Positions 12,017 to 24,245 of a stretch of DNA of 64,000 nucleotides are shown piece by piece. The translations under genes and the position numbers were made by a program. Origin of the DNA: Chlorokybus atmophyticus (taxonomy: Eukaryota > Plantae > Mesostigma and Chlorokybus algae); assembly GCA_009103225.1 (NCBI GenBank), contig RHPI01003156.1, forward strand, positions 988,159 through 1,052,158. Direction: 5' to 3'. Each line of letters begins with the position of its first letter. The first letter of the stretch is position 1. The notes under the pieces are model-generated. The model was not told the origin of the DNA and ran no database searches. It saw only the letters and a list, made by a program, of their open reading frames with translations.

Positions 12017-15000
12017 ATGGCGGACGCCGCTCCGGCGCCTGACGCGGAGGCGGCCGTCGCCAACGTCGCCAATGGAGGCGCTGCCGGCGAGGAGACCATC
12101 AGCAAGAGGTACATGGTCAGCTAGGGTTTGGTGCTTGCGGCATCATGGCATTGCATTGTGTGATCTTTGGATTTTGCGTCTGTATGCCGTGCTTGGCAGA
12201 GACTGGACTTATTGACTGTCATGGTTGCTGGTCTACTATGCAGTGAGCTGAAGAGGCGGCAGAAGGCCGAGCAGAAGGCCAAGGAGAAGGAGGAGAAGGA
12301 GAGACTGAAGGTAAGAGTGTGGATTTATGTTTGTTTGAAGCTAGGCACTAACTTGCAGCTCTCCCCTTAGGCTGAGAAGGCAGCTGCCGCTGGACCAGCC
12401 AAAGAGAAGGCTAAGGTCGAGGATGAAGAAGACATGGACCCCACGGTAAGGTCCCTTGTATTTTAAGCATGCATTCAGCTGTTGCGTGCTCTGAGGCGTG
12501 CGTGGCAACAGAACTGGTGATAATGCATGTGTCGTATGCGCATGCATGCAGGGTGCTGACTGTGTATTGTTTCAGGCCTACTTTGAGAACAGATCAAAGC
12601 TTGTGGCTGACATCAAAAAGAAGGGTCAAAACCCTTACCCGCACAAGTTTCAGGTCTCCATGAGCATACCCGAGTACGTCACAAAGTATGGGGACATTGA
12701 AGCAGGCAGTCAGCTCCAAGACGCTGTGGTTTCACTAGCAGGTCAGCTCAGTGACTTACTTATTCATTGCAATTCGGCAACGGGCTGGGTGAAGTTGTAG
12801 CCTCTGTGCCCAGGAAGAATTACTTCGGCACGCTCGTCTGGTGCCAAGCTGAACTTTTATGACCTTACTGCTGACGGCGCCAAAGTCCAAGTCATGGCGG
12901 ATGCAAGGTGAACACGGCAACGGCAGCTTGTGTTGTAGGTTAGGATATGCCTCGGTTGGTTGACCACAGCAGTTGTGTGATTGACACTGCCGTCTTTCTG
13001 CTAGAATTCATCATGTCATCAACATACCTTCGTTGTTGCAACCCTAAACAGAAATGTGGCTGTGCACGCATTGCAGGAACTCCGAGCTAAGTCAAGAAGA
13101 TTTTGAGCATCTCCATGCCTATATAAAGCGCGGTGATATTGTAGGGATTAGAGGCTTCGCAGGTAAGCAGGTGCTGTTTATAAACGCTAGATGCCCAAAG
13201 CATCTGCATGTTTTGAATGTGTGCATTGCCTCAATGCAGGCAAGTCTAAGCGAGGCGAGTTGAGCGTGTTTCCGGTCGACATGCATGTGCTTTCCCCTTG
13301 CTTGCACATGCTTCCTTCAGCGCATTTTGGGCTACGAGACCAAGAGACAAGATACAGGCAGCGGTACCTGGACCTCATTATGAACAAGGATGTCAGGCAT
13401 GTCTTCTACACGCGCGCAAGGGTTGTCCAATATGTCCGCCGCTTCCTGGACAATCTCGGATTTCTGGAAGTAGAGACGCCTATGATGAACATGATCGCCG
13501 GTGGAGCCGCAGCAAAGCCGTTCATCACGCACCACAATGATCTAAACTTGGATCTGTTCATGCGCGTTGCTCCCGAGCTTTACCTCAAGGTGCATAAGCA
13601 TTGGCACTTGTTTAGTGTCTGCTGCTAGAGCATTGACACCAAGTCGTGACTGCTTTTTCCCCTCCACTTGACATGTTTCATGTTTACAGGAGCTCATTGT
13701 TGGAGGATTGGACCGCGTATATGAGATTGGGCGCCAGTTTCGCAATGAGAGCATTGACTTGACGCACAACCCCGAGTTCACGACATGTGAGTTCTACATG
13801 GCTTACGCCGACTATGAAGACCTCATGAAGCTGACGGAGGATCTTGTGTCCGGGATGGTGAAGGAGATTTTTGGGTCCTATAAGATATCATATCATCCGG
13901 AAGGCAGAGACAAGGAGGCTATCGAGATGGACTTCACGCCACCCTTCCGAAGGTTACCGATGATTGCGTCATTAGAAGAAACAGCTGGCTTCAAGGTCCC
14001 GGAGGACCTTACATCGCCAGGTTGGTTGATGTATACACTGGTTGCACTCACTGTGCATGACAGCAGTCATTTAGCACATGTGGTGCGCCTTCATGTTGGG
14101 TCTGTCTGGTGTTGTGTGCGCGACATTGCTGCACAGTATGTTGAGCATATTGCATGCATGATGCTGTTCAAACCGGTACGCGCACAATTAAGCCGGCGCT
14201 CATGAGCTTCGGCTGTGACATGGGCGTGACTATGATGCGCGGAGAGTAGACTTGAGAATTGTCTGCCTTCCTGAGCGCACCCGTGCTCGGGTAGACCTGG
14301 ATTATTCTCAAACATCTCTTATCAGCTATCTCAATTGCTGACCTATGGCCTCGGCTGCAGAGACCAATGCTTTCCTTATCAAAAAGGCACAAGAGTTTGG
14401 CGTCAACTGCCCAGCACCACAAACAACAGCGCGATTGCTAGATAAGGTGCAATTGTTGGACAGTACGTCATCTGTCAATGTGCAGTGCACACCGTGGCTC
14501 TGTTGACACCATGCCTCGATGCAGTTTGTAGGACACTTTTTGGAGGAGACGTGTGTGAACCCCGCGTTTATCACAGATCATCCTCAGCTTATGAGCCCGC
14601 TTGCCAAGTGGTGAGTGCGTGTTTGCTCGAGTAATGCTTGCACGTGACAAGCCCTCACCCGCATGGATTGCTGCAGGCATCGCTCTAAGCCAGGCATGAC
14701 CGAGCGATTCGAGCTTTTTGTCAATAAGCATGAGGTATCAACTCATGCAACTGTGGTTGAGGCTTGACAGTTGCCTAACAATGCGCAACACTCACATCTC
14801 ATGTTGGGTTCAACTCCTTGGTGACAACTGTGCAGGTTTGCAATGCATACACGGAGTTGAATGATCCAGTCGTGCAACGAGAAAGATTTTTGGACCAGCT
14901 GAAGGTCGAGTCTCACAACACACTTTGATTAATCAAATTATGGAAGTGTTTGTTGATATCTGGGTTTGACATTGCTCAGGATCGCAACGCTGGTGACGAT

Positions 15001-15434
15001 GAAGCGCAGCAGTTAGATGAGTCTTTTGTGACAGCCCTGGAGTACGGCCTGCCCCCCACTGCGGGCTGGGGCATGGGGATTGACCGGTTGTGCATGCTCA
15101 TGACGGACTCAATAAACATCAAGGCAAGTTACTCACTCAGCTGTGGCCGCTGTTGGACACGGTATTCGCACAGCAATCCAACTTTCACATGCTGCATTGG
15201 CTCCTGTACAGGAGGTTCTGCTGTTCCCTGCCATGAAGCCGCTTGACGATGACAAGTCGACACCAGCGCCTCCAAAGGTAAGGCTCAGCATACTGTTGGC
15301 TGGGAATGGGTGTGCTGCCAGTACATTGTCGTGCATGTTGCATACAGTTGATGTTGTCTCTGTACTGTCCTCATGCATTGGGTTGTGCGCAGGCGGGTTT
15401 GAATCCTCCCGTTTACGTTGACAACAAGCAGTGA
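12017..15434 (+). CDS. KARS1: Lysyl-tRNA synthetase, class II, cytosolic type, 14 exons
   Basis: [84 protein letters not shown]|[10 protein letters not shown]. Exon phases are consistent throughout; stop TGA at 15432-15434. Confidence 0.97.
14179..14317 (+). ncRNA. Candidate intronic box H/ACA snoRNA
   Basis: Lies in the 340-nt LysRS intron (14021-14360). Hairpin 1 has lower stem 14179-84/14236-41, internal pocket, and an upper stem with an AGC-UUCG-GCU cap. It is followed by H box AGAGTA (14243-48), hairpin 2 (TTGAGAAT 14252-59 / ATTCTCAA 14304-11) and ACA at 14312-14. Confidence 0.55.
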
Positions 15435-16402
15435 CTCCGGTTACTGGAGTTTGACGCACGTTGAAGGCTGCTCGTTTATGGCATTCGCATATACTGCATT
15501 AAGCGTTCAGGCTTTGTCTGAGCTGAACACCATTATTGGGAGTGCTCAGGCACAGCACGCGTTGAACATCGTTACCACATCAACAGCCATGGATTGGTTG
15601 TCGCTTTGACATCATCTTGCAGGTCCTGCCAGGATGGCTGGTTATCTGCACATCACCATGTGCACTGTGGCCTGCAGTGTTTGCATACCCGTGTGCGCGC
15701 TTTGCATGCCCACTTTTGGTAACATGCAGTCAATTACTGCATGTGGGGTGCTGTATGTGGCACCCGCAGACACTTGGAAAACAACACTAGCAGTAGGGTG
15801 GTACTGTACAGTTGATTAAGAGGCACACATGCTTGTTGCATGTATCATGATCACTTGCATTTTTTGTGCACATGCTGGCACAGCAGCATACCCCTTTTGT
15901 ACAACACCACAAGCGCAACGGATATGTGAGGCTGGTATGACAACTTCAACCCAATCACAGGCTTGCTAGATTTGCATCCATCGTAGGGGCAGCAACAGGG
16001 AGGGAGGGGGCAAGCAACCAGCATCATTCCCTCTATTATGATAGATGCTCGCAATGTCACAGTATACGACTTTATAGCGCTATTAACTCAACAAGCACTC
16101 AACAACAACACCCGCACTGCCAAAATTCCCCAAAGTATGGCATCCCCAAACTACGCGGGCCAGCATGCAAGCCTCATGTCAAGAGCACCGCAATGCAAGT
16201 CATCATCAACCCATTGCGAACAAGTGCAGCTGCATGCAAGTCTATCTGACGCTGTGCTGACAATGCACTGAGGGACGACGGTGATGTCATTGGGTGGTTA
16301 CCTCAATACTATACCCTATGTGAGAATGACGCAGAAGTGCTGCGACGTTCCAGCTGGCTGATGTTTGTGCTGTGCAGTGCGGTGTGCATCGTGTTTCTGG
16401 GT

Positions 16403-16432
16403 GTGTGGTGTGGTGTGGTGTGGTGTGGTGTG
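16403..16432 (+). repeat. (TGTGG)n microsatellite
   Basis: About six tandem pentamer copies read directly. Confidence 0.9.
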
Positions 16433-17003
16433 CTAGTGAGCTGTGTAGGTTTACTAGTACAGCAACATCGTCATACAAAGCTACGCACTGTCAGCCACGC
16501 CTATCACACTGCACCAGTAAACGCACACGCACGCCAGCATGCCTCACATCTACACGGCTGCAGCCGTTAGCACAGCGTCCGCTTACGATGTTGGCGCTGC
16601 CGTCTGAAGCGCTAGTGAGCTAGACACGCGGTAGCAACACTTGCGTACACTTGAACGTATTGCGCTCTCTCTCTCTCTCCCTCTCTCTCTGTGTGGAAAT
16701 CAGAGACAATTATAATCACAGCACCAATGTCCGTACCTATCACAACACCATTACAACCACAACCACCACTTCACCACCACCACCAATGACAATACACAGC
16801 ATGACATCAATTAGAATGTCGTCTCATACGCAGTGCAAATTGGGTAAGGCCTGTGCCAGATACGCACCGACAGTCGTGGGTCGGGTGTAGGGGGTGCCAT
16901 GTATGTAAATATGTAGGCGCTGGCAGGAGCAGAACATGTAAGGCTGCACAGGTGCAAGTGCGCGCCGCTGTCTATGGGCCTGCCTACCATCAAAAGCAAG
17001 GTG

Positions 17004-17213
17004 TAGTCAAACCTTGATAACTGCATGACGTTGGTGCCCGTAGTAAACCCCATTGAGAGATATGCACTTAGCGTGGATATGCGACTAACGAGTGGCTGTT
17101 GCCCGTGGTTTGGCCTTCGGTGTTAGTAAACTTTGTGCACTTATCGCATTTCAACGGTAACATTTGCTACTGTATGCACTTAGCGAATATGCACTTAAAG
17201 CGGCTAGATTGTA
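17004..17213. mobile_element. Possible degenerate pogo/Tc1-mariner-like MITE relic
   Basis: Left end TAGTCAAACCTTGATAACTGCATG versus reverse complement of right end CAATCTAGCCGCTTTAAGTGCATA (14/24 identical). Right end is flanked by TA, and there are four internal copies of TGCACTTA(G/T/AAG)CG. Confidence 0.3.
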
Positions 17214-18091
17214 CGTGCCTATTGGAATACTATAAGCAGTCATTAGGTACGCCTAGTGTACAGAGCAGTACAGTGTACTGTGGTAGTGTGCCAAGTGTTG
17301 GAGTCCCTGAGTGCAGCCTACACTATGGTCTGCACTATGTACTCGCTCGGTCAGTCTGTCCATGAGTCTTGCCTATGTACCCACCACGCTCAGGGAATCA
17401 TCCTCCCAAGCATATTACCGGTAACTAACTTGACAGTATCATAAGCGTGCCAACTGGCAAATGGAGTGACATGCGACCCGCTTACGGTTGTATATATATT
17501 GTGGGACTTCATCTGGACTACGAGTGAACACGGGTGCGTACATCTTTGCCACTTGATTGAGCTCATGAAACTCAATCATTGATGCTCGTCAGTGCTTTGT
17601 GCACGCAGCTCTTCACCAAGTGGCAGGCATGCGCGGCACCAGAGACGCACTGCTTGCATGTCAAAAGCACCACAATGCAATAACAAGGTGGCAGGCGGGC
17701 ATCATGCGCACAGGAGAACGTGTACAATGGTGCAACTGCAATTGCAGGTGACGGTGTCATTAATGGCGACGTACTGTACTGTACTGTACTCTACTACACA
17801 TGTGTCTCTGCCTGCTGTCATTGCACGAGTGACAGGCAAAGCAGCAGACAAACTCTACAAAGCAGGCAGCATCTGTGCGCGTGCTGCCTGGTGAACTGTG
17901 GTGGCGAGCGCTGCTGGGGCTGTGCTGTGCTACGCTAAGCGTCCCCTACATAGAGGGGCGGTGCACGCTGAATGTGTATGTATTCGGGGAGTCAACCTTA
18001 CTTTCGTCTGTGTGCGATTTGGCAAAACCGGTTTGCAGTGTTGAAGAGGGTCTAAGCTCCCAGTGGCATTATGTGCAATGATGATGGTGCC

Positions 18092-20209
18092 TCAGTAAAA
18101 TTCGGCATCGTCACCGAGCTCCTCAAACAGGTTATCCGCCAGCATATGCGGTCGGGTGAAGTTTGTGACGCTTGAGAACTGCAAGAGAGAACTCAGTCAG
18201 GCACAGAAAGGGCATTGACTCGTCGTGTGTGTGCAGTTGCCACAAACTTGTCAGTACCTTGGGTTGGGAGTACTTTTCCCGTACGGCGGGGAGGGTAGAT
18301 ATATCGTATCTTAGGTACAACTGGTGCATGGCCTTGACACATTCCTGTAGGTCGACGGGCGTATATTGGGCGTAGTGCTGTAGGGTGTACGTCTGCATTA
18401 CACAGCTTGTTAGTGCTGTGTCCTTGTGCAGGCAAAACAACCACATTTCAACTATGGAATCACTGTAAACTCACCCAAGGTGCATGACCGGTGATGATGT
18501 TGGCGAGGAAAACAGCGGAAGCGGCGATTGTGGACGGCAGAAATTGCAACATGCTGTATTCTACAAGGCACAGCTCTGTAAGGAAGTCAGCTAGATGTGA
18601 CCGCCTTTCGTCATTGGTGGCACCAGCTGCTTTGAGAAACCGCCTGCAGCAAAGCAGTGATGAGCAAACAGAACTCGAATGTAGATTCATACGTGCTGTT
18701 TCATCAACTGATTGACTTACTGTAGGAAGGGCTTTGCTGTGGGACAGGTGAGCTCGTAGTTGAGGGTTCGCAGCACTCTGCGCTCCATGCCAAGAAGCTG
18801 CTCGCGCGTGTAGGTATTGTCCGTAATGTAGACAAAATGGTCCACAGCAGGAGGCCAGATCTCTTCATACTTACTGCATGAGCAAATGAGCACGTCAGCA
18901 ACAACATATTGGGGTGGCAAGGAACAAGCCAGGTGGCTAACCAGCACAAACTACTGGCAGCTGAAAGCATGAGACCACTTACGCTGCAATAAGCATGCAG
19001 GCAACGCCAACAAGCTGGAGTTGGCTGCGGTCAACGCGTTCTCGCGACAGCATCCGATCGATGTAGTTTGTTGCTGCATGAAGCGTTTCTGGGTTGAGTT
19101 TATACTCCTCAGAAACCTCCACCAGCCAGTCGACCAGAATGCCACGCATAGCAGCATTGATGTCGCTCTGCATGTTCTCCATGTAGTTCATAGCGGGCCG
19201 GCGCTTTTGCTGCAGAAGTGTACAGATCAGCTCAACTCTTCTACATGTATAGCAAGAAACCAGACATAGCATGTTGGGAGCTTTGCCTCACCTCTGCTTC
19301 TCGTAGATGATCGTATATCTCGTTGACATAGGAGGTACACTGCAAAGGATCATCTTTGCAGTCTTCATCAATGTCTTTGTGCAAAGGATTGCTAGCTGGC
19401 GCGTCATCATCTTCCATGTCTTCCATCTCCTCATGTGCTGAAATAAGCATGACAATTACTACCAGAAACGTAATGCTGGTGCCATCAAGTCAGTTTACTG
19501 TGCAAGCTGGTTGAAACACACAGCAGAGCTGCTTACCAAGAGACATGCGTGTGCTGGAGAGCGACATGGCTTGAGCACCAGACGATCGCCTGTGCACGAG
19601 AGCATCCGGGCGGACACTGATAGCAGCTGCAACGCCGGCCATGTGACCAAACGCTGCGTCGCTCCTCGTCACTGCAGCAGCTTCTTCAACCCCATGTACA
19701 GTGGCTGCGGCTGTGCTTGAGTCCTTTGCCTGTTGGAGCAAGCATGTCATGCACACTGACATTGAAATGATCTCAAAACAACGCAAAAGACTTGAAACCA
19801 AAGTGCATTGTAATGCCAAGTGAAGCAAGGATCGGTTCAGCATGCAGTGCATGCTGATGGGCAAGCAGTAAATGGTTAATTGCTTGTTTCATAGCATGCG
19901 GATGGCAATGCCGACCTTGCTAGGTGCAATGCGAGCTGAGGGATGTGCGGGCGGGCGGTTTGAGATGTCCTGCAGTGGACGGCGCCTGCCGGCCTGCTGC
20001 AGGTTGGCGGCATTGTGGTAGTTGTCCTGGTTGCTGGGGCCAGCGGCAAAGCTATCGTCGGAGCTGCCAGCGCTGATCCGTTTGCTGCCACGGGGAGGCT
20101 TGAGATGCCTGATGGCCCCGCCAGGCATGGCATGGCTGTCCTCTGCAGCTGCAGCCGCAGCAGCTGCCGCCTCCGCCTTCGCTACCATCGCCCGCGTCCG
20201 AGTCATCAT
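18092..20209 (-). CDS. CYCA: A-type cyclin
   Basis: N-terminal D-box RRPLQDISN; cyclin box MRGILVDWLVEVSEEYKL...YIDRML...QLQLVGVACMLIAA|KYEEI..P....FVYITDNTY; C-terminal YTLQHY...LPAVREKYSQPK|F. Start taken at MMTRTRA. Confidence 0.93.
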
Positions 20210-20649
20210 CTCTCTCTTGCGCTGTGGTGCTACCTTCCCATCCGCAAGCACAATGCAGCCACTAGCCACCAACACCCAACACACCAGCAATGCCGCCCAA
20301 CACACCAGCGACACTGCCAACGCCGCCCACACGCCAGCCGTTGTCGCCGCCGCCTCAGCACCAACAAGCAGCGACATGCACAATGTCCTGTGCACTTTAC
20401 GCCTTTATGCACTCACTCCCGCCTGTTTGCGAACTAACGTGACACTCTGTTTTGCATCAAGTTAGCTAACCCCATCCGTTTGGCTCACCCCGCTCAAACT
20501 CAATTCACCCCGTTTCAATTAACTCACTGTTTCAATTCACACGGGTTTCACTTTCTTCTTTTCCCACCCTTTTCTTCCGCCCTTTTGCCCTTTGTCATCT
20601 GATGTATCAACGACTGAAATTGCTCGTATGAAACCATCGGCACATGCGT

Positions 20650-20956
20650 ACCGTTAGATTGCTAACGACCCGTTTTTCCGACGAAGCGGCGGTGGTTTAT
20701 GAATTTTCCGTGAATTTGGAGCCAAGAAATTGTTGGAGGGCGACATGGAAAGTTAGGGTTGTAAGTTGTTGGTGGCGCGCGAAGCGTCTGCGTGTGCCCA
20801 GGTGCCGCGGCGCCGCGGTTACTTCGCCGTTCGTTTGATAACGGGCGACAGGGGACGGTTTTAACCGAATGACGCTGTTCCCGGTCCGAACTGCGCTTTC
20901 CACCAGGGACTGCGCGGGAGACGCGGTTAACTCTGACCGCGGGAAGAACCGTTAGT
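20650..20956 (-). promoter_or_regulatory. MSA (MYB3R)-like elements upstream of cyclin A
   Basis: TCTAACGGTA on the minus strand at 20649-20658, ACTAACGGT at 20948-20956, and further AACGG cores between. Matches the plant YCYAACGGY consensus. Confidence 0.5.
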
Positions 20957-21246
20957 CGAGGGCGGGCATATTCAAAGTTCAAACCCAAACCCCTCATACC
21001 GGAAGCGAAGCCCCGCGAGCGGGCATTCGCGTGGGCTGCATTACGAATTCAACCCACAGACTGTGAGTTGAGTCACAGTGTCAGCAGTAAAAGCGCGAGA
21101 GAGAAGCTGCCAATGATTGAAATGAACGGCGGCTTGCAAAAATCAATTTTGCACTTTTTGGCCCCCGTTTATCTCCCCTCTTATCTTGATTGAGCCGATA
21201 TGTCATCAGCAGACGAGATATACAGGCCAGCCTACACCCTCCGGTT

Positions 21247-21255
21247 TTAGGGTTT
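21247..21255 (+). promoter_or_regulatory. Telo-box (TTAGGGTTT) upstream of TAD3 start
   Basis: Exact motif ~70 nt before the ATG. Other copies at 26451-26459, 39532-39540, 40056-40064, and a CTAGGGTTT variant at 12121-12129. Confidence 0.55.
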
Positions 21256-21324
21256 TTCGGCAAAGCGCACAAGCGTTGTGCGCTAAGCGCACTAGTTGTC
21301 GTCCAGTTGTGGCCCAAACCCAAC

Positions 21325-23737
21325 ATGTTGCTCACCCCTGACACAGTGCGGGTGGCAGTGTGTGGGGCCGCCCCAGGCAGCGCCAACGTGGCCACCATGG
21401 CCGTGGACGCCGAGGAGGGAGTGGAGGTGCTGGAGCAGCTAAGGGCTGCGCTGGTACAGCATCCCATACGGCCACCGCCTGCTCTAGAACTAGGTCAATC
21501 TGCTCGTCGCCCCGTACGTTGCTGCATGCGGCAGGCTGGTCGTTGAGCATGCGCACAGCTTGCAAAGTGGTGATTTGCTTGTTGTGTTTATGGCTGGTGT
21601 GTAGTAAAGTGGCACCAAAGGCAGCATGTGCTGTGTAAATGATGCTACTGCACGTAATATGCTACCTTGCGTTGCTGTCGGAAACTACTTTGCGTTTGGA
21701 AAAATGCGCATGACTGCTTCAGCATTCGGGGCTAAGCGCATTGCAGTCAGCTTGGAGATTTATGCAGCACTCTGTATGCATTGCTGAGAGCTGCATAATA
21801 ATGAATGCAGTTGACTTTCAAGCAGCCAACATTCAACCGAAGCAAGCGAATGAACTCGTCAGGTGAGCCATAACAGCTGTGACTGTTGCATATGAGCATT
21901 GCACTGTCAGTGTAGCTGTTGCATGCTTGCTTATGCTTGCTCTGCACGCATTCATTCGCGAGTCAGCTGTTGCCACATACTGCCTGCAGGTTGCTGACTG
22001 CAGTGGCCCCTTTGGAGCGCATGCCGCATGTTAAGCGGGTTCGGCGAGTTGTACAAGCGGACGGTACAGTGTTTTGTCCAGCATTGTGTGGCTCCGCTGT
22101 TGCAATCAGCGTGTGAAGCAGCAATCCATGTGTAACTGTGTGGTGTGACTTAGGCAGTGCCCAGCTTGTGATCTTACTGTGCCCTTTGTCTGGCACGTCA
22201 TCCCCGCTGCCGGAACCTGTGGCTACAGCTGTGGCGAAGCAAGCACTTCAGCCACACAATGTGCAGGTAGTTTGCGCTACTATGCGCTGTGTGTAGTACG
22301 TTTGCTGCTCAATGCTGCGATGCTTGCTTGGAGAATGCTTGGTTATTATGCGCTATAATGCTGCAGCTGTTGCTGCGCAGGTGCCACTGCATGCACCGCG
22401 CACAAGGCAGCAGTGGGAAGAGTGGAACAAGATTTGGCCCATGTCGTTTCACCCAAATGCCAGGTGCCACCCTACTCTACAGCTGCACACTGCGTGTATT
22501 GTGTGCGTGAAGCAAGACCATGCATGAACATCCACTTGGACTGTCAGTATGGCCTTGTCTATGGCACCGAACAGTTATGATCTAGTTATTGTTCTTGTTA
22601 CAAAAAGTGGTCATGCTGCCTGTCTGCTTGCCCCCCTTGCGCTCTAACACAACCAGCAGTGACGCTGTGCAGGAAGAGGCCACATTCACACGCAAAGAGG
22701 TGGGAGTCATGCGGACTCACATGCTCCAGGCACTGGCGCTGTCTCGTGTAGCCTCCACTTCTGGTCAGGTAACGCTGCTACACTCACTACTACAACAGTA
22801 CATGCTTGTTGGCAACACTTCTGTTGCACATAATATTAGCTTGGCAAATGTCACCGGCATCTTCAAGACATGTTGGATTGTTGTGCAGCTGGCAAATGCA
22901 GCTGTCATAGTTGACCCTGCTGGTAATCAAGTTGTGGCGGTTGGCATTGACCAAACAAAGGCTCAGACAGGCTTGGCATTTTCCGATTCAAGCATCATCG
23001 ACGGGATACTTGGTTGCAACGCGTGGCAGAACGTGCAACAGCACCCTTCAGGGCACCCGCTGAAGCACGCTGTGATCAGCGCCATAGATGCAGCAGCCTG
23101 TCGGGACGTTGAGCTTTTTCCTCATGCGAGAAACGCCTCGGCAGCGGAGTTGGACTTCGTTGTCGGCAATGCACAGGTTCAGAGACCAGAGTGCTGCTCC
23201 CAAACTGGTGAAGCCGATGAAGACAGTGCTGCCAAACGGCGGCGCATGGAAGATGGTCAATCACCCGTGGTGCGTGCCCCACCTATACCGCTGTTGTGTT
23301 TTTTGTATGTAAATCAACTTGCTTGCTGCCAGGCTTTCTCACATTTTGGCAAGTATTGGCGGATGGTACAAGTTGGTCATGTGCTTGTTGTGGGCGCGCA
23401 GGATGCGCGTGATGCGGTCACTGCGGTCTCTGCAGACCAGCGACCTTATCTCTGTACGGGCTTCGACCTGTACGTCATCCGTGAGCCATGCGCCATGTAA
23501 GGTGTATTCACCCTGTGTACATGCTGGAGTTGGAATACATAAACAAGTTCATCAGTCCAACTTGTTGACAGGTGTGCGATGGCAGCTGTCCACCAGCGCT
23601 TCAGGCGCGTGATATACGGTGTGCGCAACCCTCAGAGGGGTGCGCTCGGAAGCAAGTACAAGCTTCATCAACTAAAGAGCCTCAACCACCACTATGAGGT
23701 CGTCGAAGGCTTGCTGTTGCAAGGGGAGATTACGTAA
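21325..23737 (+). CDS. TAD3: tRNA-specific adenosine-34 deaminase non-catalytic subunit
   Basis: PHVKRVRR, VPLHAPRTRQQWEEWNKIWPMSFHP, AVIVDP, HPLKHAV (Val replaces the catalytic Glu, diagnostic of Tad3), YLCTGFDLYVIREPCAM|CAMAAVHQR, LNHHYEV. Stop TAA at 23735-23737. Confidence 0.9.
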
Positions 23738-23820
23738 CCAGTGTTGGAAAGTACGGCTGACCAGCAAGTTTGACTGGTTGCCAGCATCTCAGTCTGGCGT
23801 GCGCTGATTGATGTTGTCGA

Positions 23821-23967
23821 TCTATTGTTTAACTTATGCTTGCACTGCCGCTATTGTGTACTTAGCAGGGTGGCAATGACGCCACTGCAAATACATCTAT
23901 TGTTCTACTTATGCTTGCACTACCGCTATTGTGTACTTAGTAGGGTAGCAATGACGCCACTGCAAAT
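23821..23967 (+). repeat. 75-bp tandem duplication (2 copies)
   Basis: TCTATTGTT...GCCACTGCAAAT begins at 23821 and again at 23896, with only a few substitutions. Confidence 0.92.
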
Positions 23968-24245
23968 GCACAGCAATGACAGCTCACACTGAGAATAGCT
24001 AATGAGAGGCTGTTACAACTGGTAACCAATTGTGCAAAACCTACAAAAACAGGGCATAGTCAGCATTGCTGCAGTACGATAAGTAACATTGCTTGTGTCT
24101 GTCCTTGTGTGCCAGAGCTGCGTCCTCATGCAATGGCACGTACACGCTCTGCCGACCCAATTGCGGTGCATGCCAGCCCACCACAATCGCATAAGTACAA
24201 TTCATGTGCCTTCATCTACGCCCACCACACAGTTGCTTTATGACC

